DNA of 56,640 nucleotides, taken from assembly GCA_043803745.1 (NCBI GenBank), contig JAZDJS010000036.1:1-56640 (forward strand), given 5' to 3'. Below the pieces are notes generated by a model. It ran no database searches. It was not told where the DNA came from and saw nothing but the letters and a program-made list of their open reading frames with translations. Positions 8,783 to 18,007 of this stretch are shown piece by piece. This stretch comes from an archaeon. GTDB taxonomy: Archaea; SpSt-1190; DYHY01. Each line of letters opens with the position of its first letter. Position 1 is the first letter of the stretch. The translations under genes and the position numbers were made by a program.

Positions 8783-11700
8783 ATGGGGGACGTTTCAGCC
8801 GGCCTGAAGAAGTTTGTCGTCCTTCTCGCGCTTTTGGCCGTGCTTGTCATTTTCCCGGCGCGCGCTTCATTCCCCCTCGAGAACCAGTATGTCTGGTGCT
8901 TTGCGAAACGGACCCTTCCCCTCCGCCTCAGAAGCGACATCCAGTCAAGCGGAATTTCCCTTACAGACAAGTTCCCCCCGACCGAACTCCGGATTTCCTG
9001 CAGTCCTTCAAGGGGCGACTCCTACAGGGAATGTTTGAGGCTTTCTTCGCATTTGTTCGACCTTTCATCCAATTGGCGCTCTGCAGTGCTTTATTCCAAG
9101 TCAGGAAACCTCTGGGAGGGAATTTCCTCAATAAGCCTTGCGGAGGCTGCCGCGTTGAAGTACGGATATGCCATCTCGTCAGCTGAGGAGCTTGAGAGCC
9201 TGGTCTTCTCGGAAATGAACACATCAGGCCTCTGGAAGCTCTCCGGCAAGCTCGGGGAATCTACAAGCGGCGGATACACTGCCCTTTCGCTTTATTCGGG
9301 CCTTTCCGAGGACATCGCCTCCGGGAAATTCGTGCGGGAACGCTCAGACAACGAGCGATTCCTTTCCCAGATAAGGGGCTATTATTCCAAATTCATTTCA
9401 TTCGCACGGGAGAATCACCAAGGATATCTCTTCGCAAAGAACTGCTCGCAGTATTCGGCATGGTCGATTTTCGAATGCTCGACAAGCAGCTGGGCTCTAG
9501 TGAACCTTGCCTGCGCGGGGAATTTCTCCGCCTGCGTTTTCGCAACCGACTGCGAAGCAACAATATCAAACAACGTTTCCTCGATAGCCGCCAGTCTCCC
9601 GAGCTTCCCAGGATACTGGGAAAGGAATCCCGGAAGCAGCATAAAAGATTCCTCCGAAAAATACCTTGCTTATTCGGAGTTCGTCCTGCGCGTAAAGACC
9701 CTTGAGAACGGGCTCATTTCCGAAATAGATTCCCTCTCAAGGGAAGTTTCCAAGAAGGCCGGAGCTCTCCGCAGAGCGGAGGTCCAGAAAATACCGATCG
9801 GGCTCGTATTCTCGGAAATATCCGCGGGGAGGTCCGCGCAGGCATATTCAAGGATAGATTTCCTGAATTTCTCCCTTGCTGTTTCCCTGGCGGACTCTGA
9901 GGTTTCCTCAGCTGCGGAAGGGCTGGCCGGGCTTTCAAAAAAACCGGCATTCGAAAGGATAACCGGCCTCGAGGAAACAAGGAAGAAACTTGGGGAGCAA
10001 CTGGCGTCACTTGCACTCGTAGGGGAGCTCGCCGAAAGGATTGAGAGGAACTTTGATGCGAATCTGCCCCTGGAAACCTCCCTTTCAGTATCGGCTCTCC
10101 CGGCCGGGCAGAGGATTCTCCTGAAAAGCATTTTCTCCGGGACAATAAGCTCCGATACGGAAGCGCTGCGCGAGGTCGCATGCGCCCCGACAATTCGCGC
10201 CTTCCCCGAACATCCCCTCGGCCCGTTTCCGAGAAGGGGCGAGGGGCTTTCCGCCTCTATTTGCCGCGGAGAAGCTCCAAGGGAGGAAATCTTCCGGGCA
10301 CTTGATGAAAAATATTCCGAGCAAGTCAACCGGAAAAGGAACGAGATACTTGAGCTTGTCAGCGTTCTTCCCGAAAGCGACCTTGTTGCCGAATTCGGAA
10401 CCTACGAGTTCCTTCCGAGGAACGGATGGATTTCCGCCGAAACTTCCTGGGGCTTCCTTTCGTCTCTTGACGGGCTTTATTCAAGAATACTCGAAGACTC
10501 CAGCCAAGCTCCCAGGGTGGATTTCGAGGAAAGCCTCATTTTCCCGGTAATTGCGAACCGCAACTCAGTTTCAAGGCTGTACGGAACGATCTCAGGACCC
10601 TCGGTTTCCGGAACCGCTGAAACAACCGCCCTGAAGTTCCCCGGAAACGTCCCGGCCGAGGTTTCATGGGTCGAAGGAGGAGAAATAAAGTCCGTCTCGC
10701 CCGCTTCCGGCAGACTGTTCATCGACTATGAAAAAGGGACGCTCTCGACACTTTCCTTCCTGATCGAACGGAACCTCGGGAAGCTGGCGAGTGCAACCGA
10801 AACGTATTCCTCAGAGTCGGTCACTTCGGGGGCATATTCAATTTCAAAAAAGTACGCCCTTGCCTGTTCGAGTTCGGGATATCCGGAGGACTTTTTGGTT
10901 GGAACCGGCACAATCCTTCCGGAGGATGGACTGACGGTCTCGGGAGTGGAATATTCCTTCCTTGGAGGCGAGCTGTTCCTCAGGGGAAGCTGCGATGAAA
11001 GCCTCCTTGCGGCTAACATTTCCTACAATAACCCGATTTCAATGGAACTTTCCGAGAATCCCAAGGGATTCTCCGTTTCAGCGACAAATGCCCTCAAATT
11101 AAATCTTCCCAAGGTTTTCCTTTACGTTCCACTCCCCCCGAATTCGACGGAAATCTCGGTTGACGGCGCGCCCTCGTTCCAGCTTCCGGACGGCACGGTG
11201 AGAATGGAAACTTCTTTTTCCGCCGGGGAAACGAAGACATTTGAAATCGCCTTCCTTTCCGGACCGGGGGCCGGCCAGCTTCCGGACTGCCCCTTCTGCT
11301 GCAACATAGGCGGCCGGACCCTCAGCAGCGTGCAAATTGCGGAGGCGAATTACGCAATCCCCCTGCTTGTCGGGGAATACCAGAAGCTTTCGGAATCCGA
11401 GCGCGCCCAGGTTTCCGCCCTGGCGTGCCAGGATCTTTTCAGCCAAGCCCTCGACTCCGCCAGAAAATTAATTTCCGAAAGGGCGCGCACCGAAAAGCAG
11501 GCCTGCGCGAAAATCTCTGCTTCGTCCGTTTCGGACAGGAGAATCCTCTCCGTAATGAAGTCTTCCGCGGAGAAACTCGCGCTCCTCCGGAAGAAATATC
11601 CCTGGGCGCCCTTTGAAAATCCTCCCGAGCTTTCAGGGACGCTTGTCAAGGTTTCAGAAGCTGAGAAAGATTGCAACGAAACCCTCCTTGCCGAAGCCGA

Positions 11701-12295
11701 ATCCGAGATAAAAAACGCAAGGGCGGGGCTGGACTCTGCGCTTGCGTCCGCAGCAATTTGGGCTCATTCCGAATTCGGGAACGGCAGTTTCTCGGCGGGA
11801 ATAACGCTGCCGGCGGAAGTAATACAAACGGTTGAAGGGCGGATAGGGAACCGGACGCGTCTTGCGCTTTCCGGAGTCAACCTCCTCATCTTCGAGATTC
11901 CCTCGGAAGGCGAATATGAGAAATATGTCGAGCTTATCCTCTCCTCGAAGAGCCTTGTCTCGTTCCTGGAAACGGAGGGAAATGCGCGGGAGGCGATTGC
12001 GCTTGCGGAGAAATTCTCGCCCGAGGCAGCCTCGGAAGAGGGCAGATACCTCTCGCTTGCGAAGGATTCCCTCAGTAATGGGCGCGTCCTCGACGGGCTT
12101 TATGCCGGGCATTATTCGGCAATACTTTCAGAACGGGCGGGAAAAACGGCCTCAGGCAGCTCCAAGACGCTTGCGAAAATCCTCGCAGTAGCGCTCTCAG
12201 TTTCCCTTGCAGGCGCTGTAATTTTCCTGGGAAGCAGGAGAAAGGGGAAAAAAGGCAAAAAAGAGGATGACGGAATTTTCGGGGAAATCAGATGA
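8783..12295 (+). CDS. Large exported protein with C-terminal membrane anchor (1170 aa)
   Basis: Signal peptide KKFVVLLALLAVLVIFPARA; C-terminal TM helix followed by RRKGKKGKK. Confidence 0.8.
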   Translation: MGDVSAGLKKFVVLLALLAVLVIFPARASFPLENQYVWCFAKRTLPLRLRSDIQSSGISLTDKFPPTELRISCSPSRGDSYRECLRLSSHLFDLSSNWRSAVLYSKSGNLWEGISSISLAEAAALKYGYAISSAEELESLVFSEMNTSGLWKLSGKLGESTSGGYTALSLYSGLSEDIASGKFVRERSDNERFLSQIRGYYSKFISFARENHQGYLFAKNCSQYSAWSIFECSTSSWALVNLACAGNFSACVFATDCEATISNNVSSIAASLPSFPGYWERNPGSSIKDSSEKYLAYSEFVLRVKTLENGLISEIDSLSREVSKKAGALRRAEVQKIPIGLVFSEISAGRSAQAYSRIDFLNFSLAVSLADSEVSSAAEGLAGLSKKPAFERITGLEETRKKLGEQLASLALVGELAERIERNFDANLPLETSLSVSALPAGQRILLKSIFSGTISSDTEALREVACAPTIRAFPEHPLGPFPRRGEGLSASICRGEAPREEIFRALDEKYSEQVNRKRNEILELVSVLPESDLVAEFGTYEFLPRNGWISAETSWGFLSSLDGLYSRILEDSSQAPRVDFEESLIFPVIANRNSVSRLYGTISGPSVSGTAETTALKFPGNVPAEVSWVEGGEIKSVSPASGRLFIDYEKGTLSTLSFLIERNLGKLASATETYSSESVTSGAYSISKKYALACSSSGYPEDFLVGTGTILPEDGLTVSGVEYSFLGGELFLRGSCDESLLAANISYNNPISMELSENPKGFSVSATNALKLNLPKVFLYVPLPPNSTEISVDGAPSFQLPDGTVRMETSFSAGETKTFEIAFLSGPGAGQLPDCPFCCNIGGRTLSSVQIAEANYAIPLLVGEYQKLSESERAQVSALACQDLFSQALDSARKLISERARTEKQACAKISASSVSDRRILSVMKSSAEKLALLRKKYPWAPFENPPELSGTLVKVSEAEKDCNETLLAEAESEIKNARAGLDSALASAAIWAHSEFGNGSFSAGITLPAEVIQTVEGRIGNRTRLALSGVNLLIFEIPSEGEYEKYVELILSSKSLVSFLETEGNAREAIALAEKFSPEAASEEGRYLSLAKDSLSNGRVLDGLYAGHYSAILSERAGKTASGSSKTLAKILAVALSVSLAGAVIFLGSRRKGKKGKKEDDGIFGEIR

Positions 12296-12542
12296 GTCTC
12301 TCGAAAATTACCCGGAGCCCGCCCGAATCCTGGAAGATGACTGGACTGGACACTCTTGCGCCAGCGAAGTAATACACGCGAAGTATCCTTTCTCCCGCAC
12401 CTCCGGTCGTGGATACGGAAAAGAAGCCGCCCTTTGCCGAATGGTCCTCCAGGGTCTCCCCCGGGAAGGAAAGCCTCACGAACTTGTCCGGGTCTATTAT
12501 CTGGGGAACCTTGTCCTGCATCGTCTGCTCTTGGAACTGCAT
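12288..12542 (-). CDS. Small hypothetical protein
   Basis: 84-aa ORF with a minus-strand BRE/TATA-like CGAAATACTTATATA at about 12600-12586. Confidence 0.5.
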   Translation of the reverse strand: MQFQEQTMQDKVPQIIDPDKFVRLSFPGETLEDHSAKGGFFSVSTTGGAGERILRVYYFAGARVSSPVIFQDSGGLRVIFERLI

Positions 12543-12789
12543 CTTGTTTTCTCACTCTTCCTGTGCAGAACTGTTGCACATTTAGTATATAAGTATTTCG
12601 GCAGCACGTTTCATGACCGAAAAGCCCCGTCGCGCTTCCGGAAAAAGTCTCCCCTTCAGGAAGGGGCCATTCCTGCGGACTGCTCATCTCACAACAGGCG
12701 CGGCGTATGCGCGGCTCGGTTGCAAGAAAGCCTGCGAAAGAGGGGACGCGTTCAAGGGCTCTTGGAAAACGGGCGATTATTGGAAAGCC

Positions 12790-13596
12790 CTAGAGCCTCA
12801 GGAGGCCCCGCTGCCATTCGAGCACGATTATCCTCGCAGCCTCGGAAAGGTTCGGCTCTCCGCCCTTCAGCACCCTGCCCCGCCTTTTCGCGACAGCCTC
12901 GATTGATTCGCCCTCCCCGCAGGGAGCTATCTTGAAATGGGAGAAGAAAGCGCGCTTCCCCGCCTCGCTTGAGAAAATCTTCCTCATAAGGGATTCGCAG
13001 ATTCCCAGCGGGTCTTTCTCCTTCTCAATGTTGAGGTTCCCCATGAGGACGAGCTTTTCCCGCTCAACCCGCTCGGGGATGACGCCAGGTGTGTCGGAAA
13101 GGAGGATCCTTCCGAAGCGGATCCATTGGACGGCCTTCGTATGCCCCGCTTCTGGGGAAATCGAAAGGGATTTCCGGTGGGAAAGTGAGTTTATCAGGCT
13201 TGACTTGCCGGTGTTCGGGTAGCCTACGACCGAAACTTTCATGAGGTCGTCCTTGCCAAGCCTGCTTGCAATCGAATAAATCAGGCTGAAAATCTGCTTC
13301 TTGTATCTGCCCGGTTTCTTTGATGAGTATCTTGCAAAGGGAACGCCCTCGACCCGCGCGGGAACGGAGACAAGGTCGTCCTTTGTCAGGATTGCGACAA
13401 GCGGCTTCCTTTCGTCATCGCAGATCTTCTGCACAGTCCGGCTTACGAACGGATAGCGGGAATCAATTGTCTGGATGACGATGTCGGACTGGCGGACCAT
13501 CTTCTTCAGTATTTCGAAGGGGCCCTTTGCCTTTTTCGGAGTGGCGCTCCTAGGGCTTTCTCCCTTGCCCGCCCCCCGCATTTGTGTTGGTGCCAT
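12790..13596 (-). CDS. Circularly permuted ribosome-biogenesis GTPase, YlqF/RbgA family
   Basis: Motif order G4 (TKDD), G1 (GYPNTGKS), G2 (GHT), G3 (DTPG); C-terminal A.RRG...KGGEPN...AAR..L.EWQRG. Confidence 0.93.
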   Translation of the reverse strand: MAPTQMRGAGKGESPRSATPKKAKGPFEILKKMVRQSDIVIQTIDSRYPFVSRTVQKICDDERKPLVAILTKDDLVSVPARVEGVPFARYSSKKPGRYKKQIFSLIYSIASRLGKDDLMKVSVVGYPNTGKSSLINSLSHRKSLSISPEAGHTKAVQWIRFGRILLSDTPGVIPERVEREKLVLMGNLNIEKEKDPLGICESLMRKIFSSEAGKRAFFSHFKIAPCGEGESIEAVAKRRGRVLKGGEPNLSEAARIIVLEWQRGLLRL

Positions 13597-13607
13597 AAAA
13601 AGGCCTA

Positions 13608-13628
13608 TTTATATATAGGATTTAAATA
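13608..13628. promoter_or_regulatory. Divergent TATA boxes for the GTPase and TBP genes
   Basis: TTTATATATA and TTTAAATA in the 55-nt gap between divergent starts. Confidence 0.55.
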
Positions 13629-13651
13629 CCTTTCAGGGTTTTTAAGCAGCC

Positions 13652-14683
13652 ATGCTAACACCCGAAGACGTTAAGATAACGCCGCAGAACATAGTTGCAT
13701 CCTGCAAATTCTACGTTGACTTTCCCCTTGAGAAAATCTCGAAGGAGCTTGGCGCGGAATTCACGCCCGAGCAGTTCCCGGGTGCAATTTACCACATGCC
13801 CCAGGGGCACACTTTCCTCCTTTTCAAGAACGGCAAGGCGGTTCTTGCGGGATGCCGGTCGGTCGACCAGCTTGAGCGCGCCGCCCACGATTTGCGCAAG
13901 GATCTGAAGAAAGTCGGGGTCTGGATAAAGGAGTACAACATCGAGGTCCAGAACATGGTTTTCTCCCTCGAGATGGGCGTCGATGTCGACCTTGAGAAAT
14001 TCGTCCGGAAGGTGCTTGATGCCTATTATTCCCCGGAGCTTTTCCCAGGACTTACCTACAAAATCCACGACCCGAACGTGACTTTCCTGATTTTCTCAAG
14101 CGGCAAGTGCGTTCTTGCGGGGCTGAAGGATATCCGCGACCTCAGGAAGGCGATTGAGAAGCTTGTAACGACGGTAAACCGCAGCGGCGCTGCGCGGGAC
14201 AAGGATGAGGAAACCCTCAAGAGGGAAGCTGAAGCGGCAGCCGCGGCTGAAGCGTCCGGAGCCAACGCAGGCAGGCAGGAAATCCGGCTCGACCAGCCAA
14301 TACCCGAGGCAATGCAGTACAGGCCAATTGCAGGAAAGGTTTCCGATGCTGACGAACCGAAAGGCAAGCCCAAGGCAAAGGGTAAAAAGTCCAAGGGCAA
14401 GTCCGGAAGAGCAAGCTCAAGAGCAAGCCCAAGAGCTCAGCCGAAAGGCAAAAAGCCGAAACCCAAACCAAGCAAGCCCAAGGGCAAGCCCAAGGGCCGA
14501 GCATCAGCGAGGTCTGGAGCGAAGCGGAAGACAAAACTCAAGCCCACAGGCAAGGCTAACGCCAAGTCCAAAAGGGTCGAAAATGCACGGCGTCCCAAAA
14601 ATGTCTCCCAGAAAAAAGAAAAGATAAATAAGGGCAAGGGAGGATTTCTTTCATGGCTTCGGGGACCAAAATCTACAAAGTAA
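13652..14683 (+). CDS. tbp: TATA-box-binding protein with long Lys-rich C-terminal extension
   Basis: Two TBP repeats (QNIVAS...PEQFPGAIY...LLFKNGKAVLAG and QNMVFS...PELFPGLTY...LIFSSGKCVLAG), then about 160 extra residues. Confidence 0.92.
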   Translation: MLTPEDVKITPQNIVASCKFYVDFPLEKISKELGAEFTPEQFPGAIYHMPQGHTFLLFKNGKAVLAGCRSVDQLERAAHDLRKDLKKVGVWIKEYNIEVQNMVFSLEMGVDVDLEKFVRKVLDAYYSPELFPGLTYKIHDPNVTFLIFSSGKCVLAGLKDIRDLRKAIEKLVTTVNRSGAARDKDEETLKREAEAAAAAEASGANAGRQEIRLDQPIPEAMQYRPIAGKVSDADEPKGKPKAKGKKSKGKSGRASSRASPRAQPKGKKPKPKPSKPKGKPKGRASARSGAKRKTKLKPTGKANAKSKRVENARRPKNVSQKKEKINKGKGGFLSWLRGPKSTK

Positions 14684-14883
14684 TTCCAAAATCCCTTGAC
14701 ATTGACGAAGACGCACTTTTGGCTTCAATTGAGCTGAAGGAGCAGTCTTTCAAGGAAAGCGCGTCCAAGCCAGGTCTTCCGGAGCGGATAGCTCTTCCAG
14801 ACGACCCCTTTTCCGAGGACGAAGCCGGGGAGAAGAAACTCCTCTCGGCAACAAGGGCGAAGAGCGTTTTCACCGAATTCTAA
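14653..14883 (+). CDS. Small hypothetical protein
   Basis: ATG preceded by GGAGG; fills the gap up to the convergent stop at 14884. Confidence 0.5.
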   Translation: MASGTKIYKVIPKSLDIDEDALLASIELKEQSFKESASKPGLPERIALPDDPFSEDEAGEKKLLSATRAKSVFTEF

Positions 14884-15303
14884 TCAGACGGTCTCTTGGT
14901 AAATGGGAAGACTTTCATAGAGAATTGGTCCGAGTTTTTTCTCAAGCGCCTCCCGGGACGCGAGTGCAGCCCCGTCCGGAGTTATCTTTGTCGGAATTGC
15001 AAGCAGCCCACAAGGGATAATTGCACCCGTGTTCGGCACCATCCCGGGGTTGATCCCGACAAGGATGAATTCTCTGTATCTGTTGACAAGCTCTCCAAGC
15101 CAGCCATATGTTTTCCCGGAAAGTTCGAGGCGGAATTTTTCCTCGTCCGCACCTTGTCCCTTTGTAAGATTGAAATCATACGTGGCAGTCCCGAGATTTA
15201 CGGCGCCAATCATCGGAAGGTCCGTTCCAGCCAAGGCTTCTGAAACATCCGCATAGGAACCTTGGAAAACGTAAAGGTCCGCTTTCAGTTCTTTCCCGCC
15301 CAT
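14884..15303 (-). CDS. Hypothetical protein
   Basis: ATG at 15303 directly after the KaiC-like stop, suggesting co-transcription. Confidence 0.65.
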   Translation of the reverse strand: MGGKELKADLYVFQGSYADVSEALAGTDLPMIGAVNLGTATYDFNLTKGQGADEEKFRLELSGKTYGWLGELVNRYREFILVGINPGMVPNTGAIIPCGLLAIPTKITPDGAALASREALEKKLGPILYESLPIYQETV

Positions 15304-15305
15304 TA

Positions 15306-16034
15306 TTACTTCCACTCCGCCCCTTCGTTGAAAACGGGCTCATCCGGGTAAAGCTCTATCCCGTTTCCCGCAATCATGAGCGGGCAGATGTTCGTCCTGT
15401 GCTGTATCCCGCGCATCTTGACAACCTCGAAAGCCCGCTCACGAGTATTGCCCTTCCTTACGTTGTAGAGGAAAAGTATCCCGTCGACAAGATAGCTCAG
15501 CCCGAACTTTGCCTCGAAATTCCCCCTCGTGTCGAAACTCCCTTCGGATGTAAGGAGTGTTGTGCAGCCCCATTTCTTCAGAGCTTGGAGGAGGTTGAGT
15601 ATGCTCATCTTCCGCTTGTATTCGTCGGAAAAGAGCATTGCGAACGACGTTATCGAGTCGATTACGATTCTTTTCGCGCCGATTTCCTCAATCGAATCCT
15701 GGATGACCTTTCCCTCGTTAAGGAAATTCTCTATCTCGTGCGGGGGATAACGGAAGTAAATGAGTTTCTTTTCCGCCTCGAGCTTTTCGAAATCCATCCC
15801 GAAGACCTTCATGTGGCGGTAGACGTCCGCCTTGTCCTCCTCGAACGAAATGTAGATTCCCGGCTCGTTGTATTTCACAATCCCGTTGTGGAGGAACTGG
15901 AGCGCAAGGGTGCTTTTCCCGCAGCCGGCTTCTCCCGAGACAAGTATTGATGAGCGCCGTTCAAAGCCCCCGCCAAGCATTTCATCAAGGCCCGGCATTC
16001 CGCTCGGGACAAGCTCTATTTTTTCCTCAGGCAT
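15306..16034 (-). CDS. Single-domain KaiC/RAD55-like RecA-superfamily ATPase
   Basis: SGMPGLDEMLGGG, Walker A GEAGCGKS, SFEE, Walker B RIVIDS, VVKMRG. Confidence 0.92.
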   Translation of the reverse strand: MPEEKIELVPSGMPGLDEMLGGGFERRSSILVSGEAGCGKSTLALQFLHNGIVKYNEPGIYISFEEDKADVYRHMKVFGMDFEKLEAEKKLIYFRYPPHEIENFLNEGKVIQDSIEEIGAKRIVIDSITSFAMLFSDEYKRKMSILNLLQALKKWGCTTLLTSEGSFDTRGNFEAKFGLSYLVDGILFLYNVRKGNTRERAFEVVKMRGIQHRTNICPLMIAGNGIELYPDEPVFNEGAEWK

Positions 16035-16234
16035 TCCAGTCGGAGGCCAACGTCCTTTTTATTCCTTTCTTCCTCAAGCAACCCCCAATGCGGTAAAAGT
16101 CCGGCGGACGCTTTCGAGGGGATTGTTACGGGAACTCGCTAAAACCGCCAACGCCCCGGAAATTTCCGGTGATAAACCCGGGAAATAGGGAGCCAAAAAC
16201 AATATTAGCAAGTTAATTGTCGAAATAGCCAATA

Positions 16235-17305
16235 ATGGGGCTGAAGAAAAAAGGGCAATCCTCGGTTGAACTCTTGGTTGTTTTCGCAATCGGAATCTCA
16301 GCTCTCCTTGCGTTCTTCGCGCTTTCCCAGCAGAAAATCGCCGAAACCCGGACGCAGCTTGTCCTTTCCGAGGCGAAGGAAACAGTCGAGCTTCTTTCGC
16401 GGGCAGCTGACGAGGTATATTCCGAGGGGGTCAATTCGACGAGGAAGCTCTATGTCACGATCCCCGAAGGAGTCAACCTCTCACGGTCGTCAATATCCGG
16501 GAACGCCCTGATTCTCTCAATTCAGGTTCCTGGCGGAGTAACCGATGTTTCGGCAAGGACGGGAGAACCGGTTTTCGGGACCTGGCCCGACCTCCCCGGC
16601 GCATATCACCTGACGGTAACCTCCTACGAGGGCTCGGTCGGAATTGGAACGTCAGTGATACAGGTTTCCCCGACCGCAATTTACTCGGAAATGACAGCGT
16701 TCTCCTCGGAGGAGAAGAACGTCACCCTTACGAACTTCGGTCAGGATCCAATTCCGATAACCGGAACTCTTTACTGGACCGAGGATGCGGAGGAAGTAAC
16801 AGTTGAAAACCTCACGGCAATCTCCTTCACCCTTTCCTCCGGAGAAAGCCGGAACATCACCCTCGGGATAAACTCGTCTTTCTCAGCGCTTGGAAGCTAT
16901 TCGGGAACAATTGATTTCTCCGGAGGCGGGGAGGAGTATTCCCTCCCGATAACGGTCCACGTTTCCGGGGCTTACGGTTCAGAAGGGACAAGCAACGTCT
17001 CCTATATCGCGGTCGAGACTTTCAAGGAGTCCGGATGCGCGACCGAGAAGCTGATTTTCGAGGGACCCGAGAACACGACGCTTTCCGGTTTCGGCTGGCC
17101 CGCCGGAGTTTCCCTGGATTTCCAGATTTACAATTCAACCGGAAGCTCTCTTTATTCCTCCGCGCCAACAACAAACTCGACCGGGGGATTCTCAGTTGTC
17201 TGGTCCCCGGCAGGGCGTTCTGCCGGAGAATATTCGGCGAACGCTTCCGACCCAATAAGCGCGAATTCTGCAAGGGGGGTTTTCTTCACAGTTGAAAGCT
17301 GCTGA
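16235..17305 (+). CDS. Minor pilin-like protein with class III signal peptide and Ig-like domains
   Basis: KKKG-QSSVE plus hydrophobic helix; many N-x-S/T sequons. Confidence 0.85.
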   Translation: MGLKKKGQSSVELLVVFAIGISALLAFFALSQQKIAETRTQLVLSEAKETVELLSRAADEVYSEGVNSTRKLYVTIPEGVNLSRSSISGNALILSIQVPGGVTDVSARTGEPVFGTWPDLPGAYHLTVTSYEGSVGIGTSVIQVSPTAIYSEMTAFSSEEKNVTLTNFGQDPIPITGTLYWTEDAEEVTVENLTAISFTLSSGESRNITLGINSSFSALGSYSGTIDFSGGGEEYSLPITVHVSGAYGSEGTSNVSYIAVETFKESGCATEKLIFEGPENTTLSGFGWPAGVSLDFQIYNSTGSSLYSSAPTTNSTGGFSVVWSPAGRSAGEYSANASDPISANSARGVFFTVESC

Positions 17306-18007
17306 ACTTCTAGCCCTTCTTCTCATGGCGTCCTTGATTCTGGCGCCAGCTCTTTCGACTGAATGGTTCATCCGGGAAGGCCCCGACCTTTCCAACGCGG
17401 ATTTTGTCCAAAAGGGCAGGGAAATATCAGTTTCGGAAAATTCAATAGAGTTCCGCGGGAATTCCCGCGGGCTCCTGCTCCGCTCAGCCCCGGTCAACTC
17501 TTCGGAACGGAACGAGACACTTTCAATTGTCTTCTCCGGGGAGTCCCTTTCAGTCGGGATTTCCCAGTTCAGTCTTGAATCCGGAGAAACGTCAAGCGAG
17601 AATTTCATCCGGGTTTTGCCCGGGAGCTTGGCTGAAGTTTTTCTCGAGGGCCCCGAAGCTACACTCAATGAATCCGGAGCGGGATTTAGGACCCTCTCGG
17701 TAACGGGAATTTCCTTCCCGGAGGAAGGACCATATGTCATTTCCCTTTCCTGCACGGATTGCAACATAACATCAATTTCCGGAGCGGCTTCCTTCGGGGG
17801 AAAATTCCATTCCAGATTCCCGAGAAAGCCCCCCTTTTCCTGGCCGGGGGAATTTTCCTGATTCTCTCATTTTTCCTGGTTTTCGTTTTCTCAAGGAAGC
17901 TAAATGCGGATTCTGCCCGGAAAAAAGCGGCTGCCGATTCGGAAAGAAAAAGGACGAAGGAGGACCTCAATGAAATACAAAAAAGCGTTTTTGGCGGCAG
18001 GAATTAG
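17292..18007 (+). CDS. Exported membrane-anchored protein, apparently split by a -1 frameshift at about 17796-17804
   Basis: Signal-peptide ORF 17292..17861; the -1 frame from GGGGGAAAA onward encodes a TM helix and basic tail ending at 18007. Confidence 0.55.

Noticed and set aside
12613-12906. 97-aa plus-strand ORF
   Set aside because: Overlaps the GTPase 3' end by 117 nt on the opposite strand and has no recognisable features.
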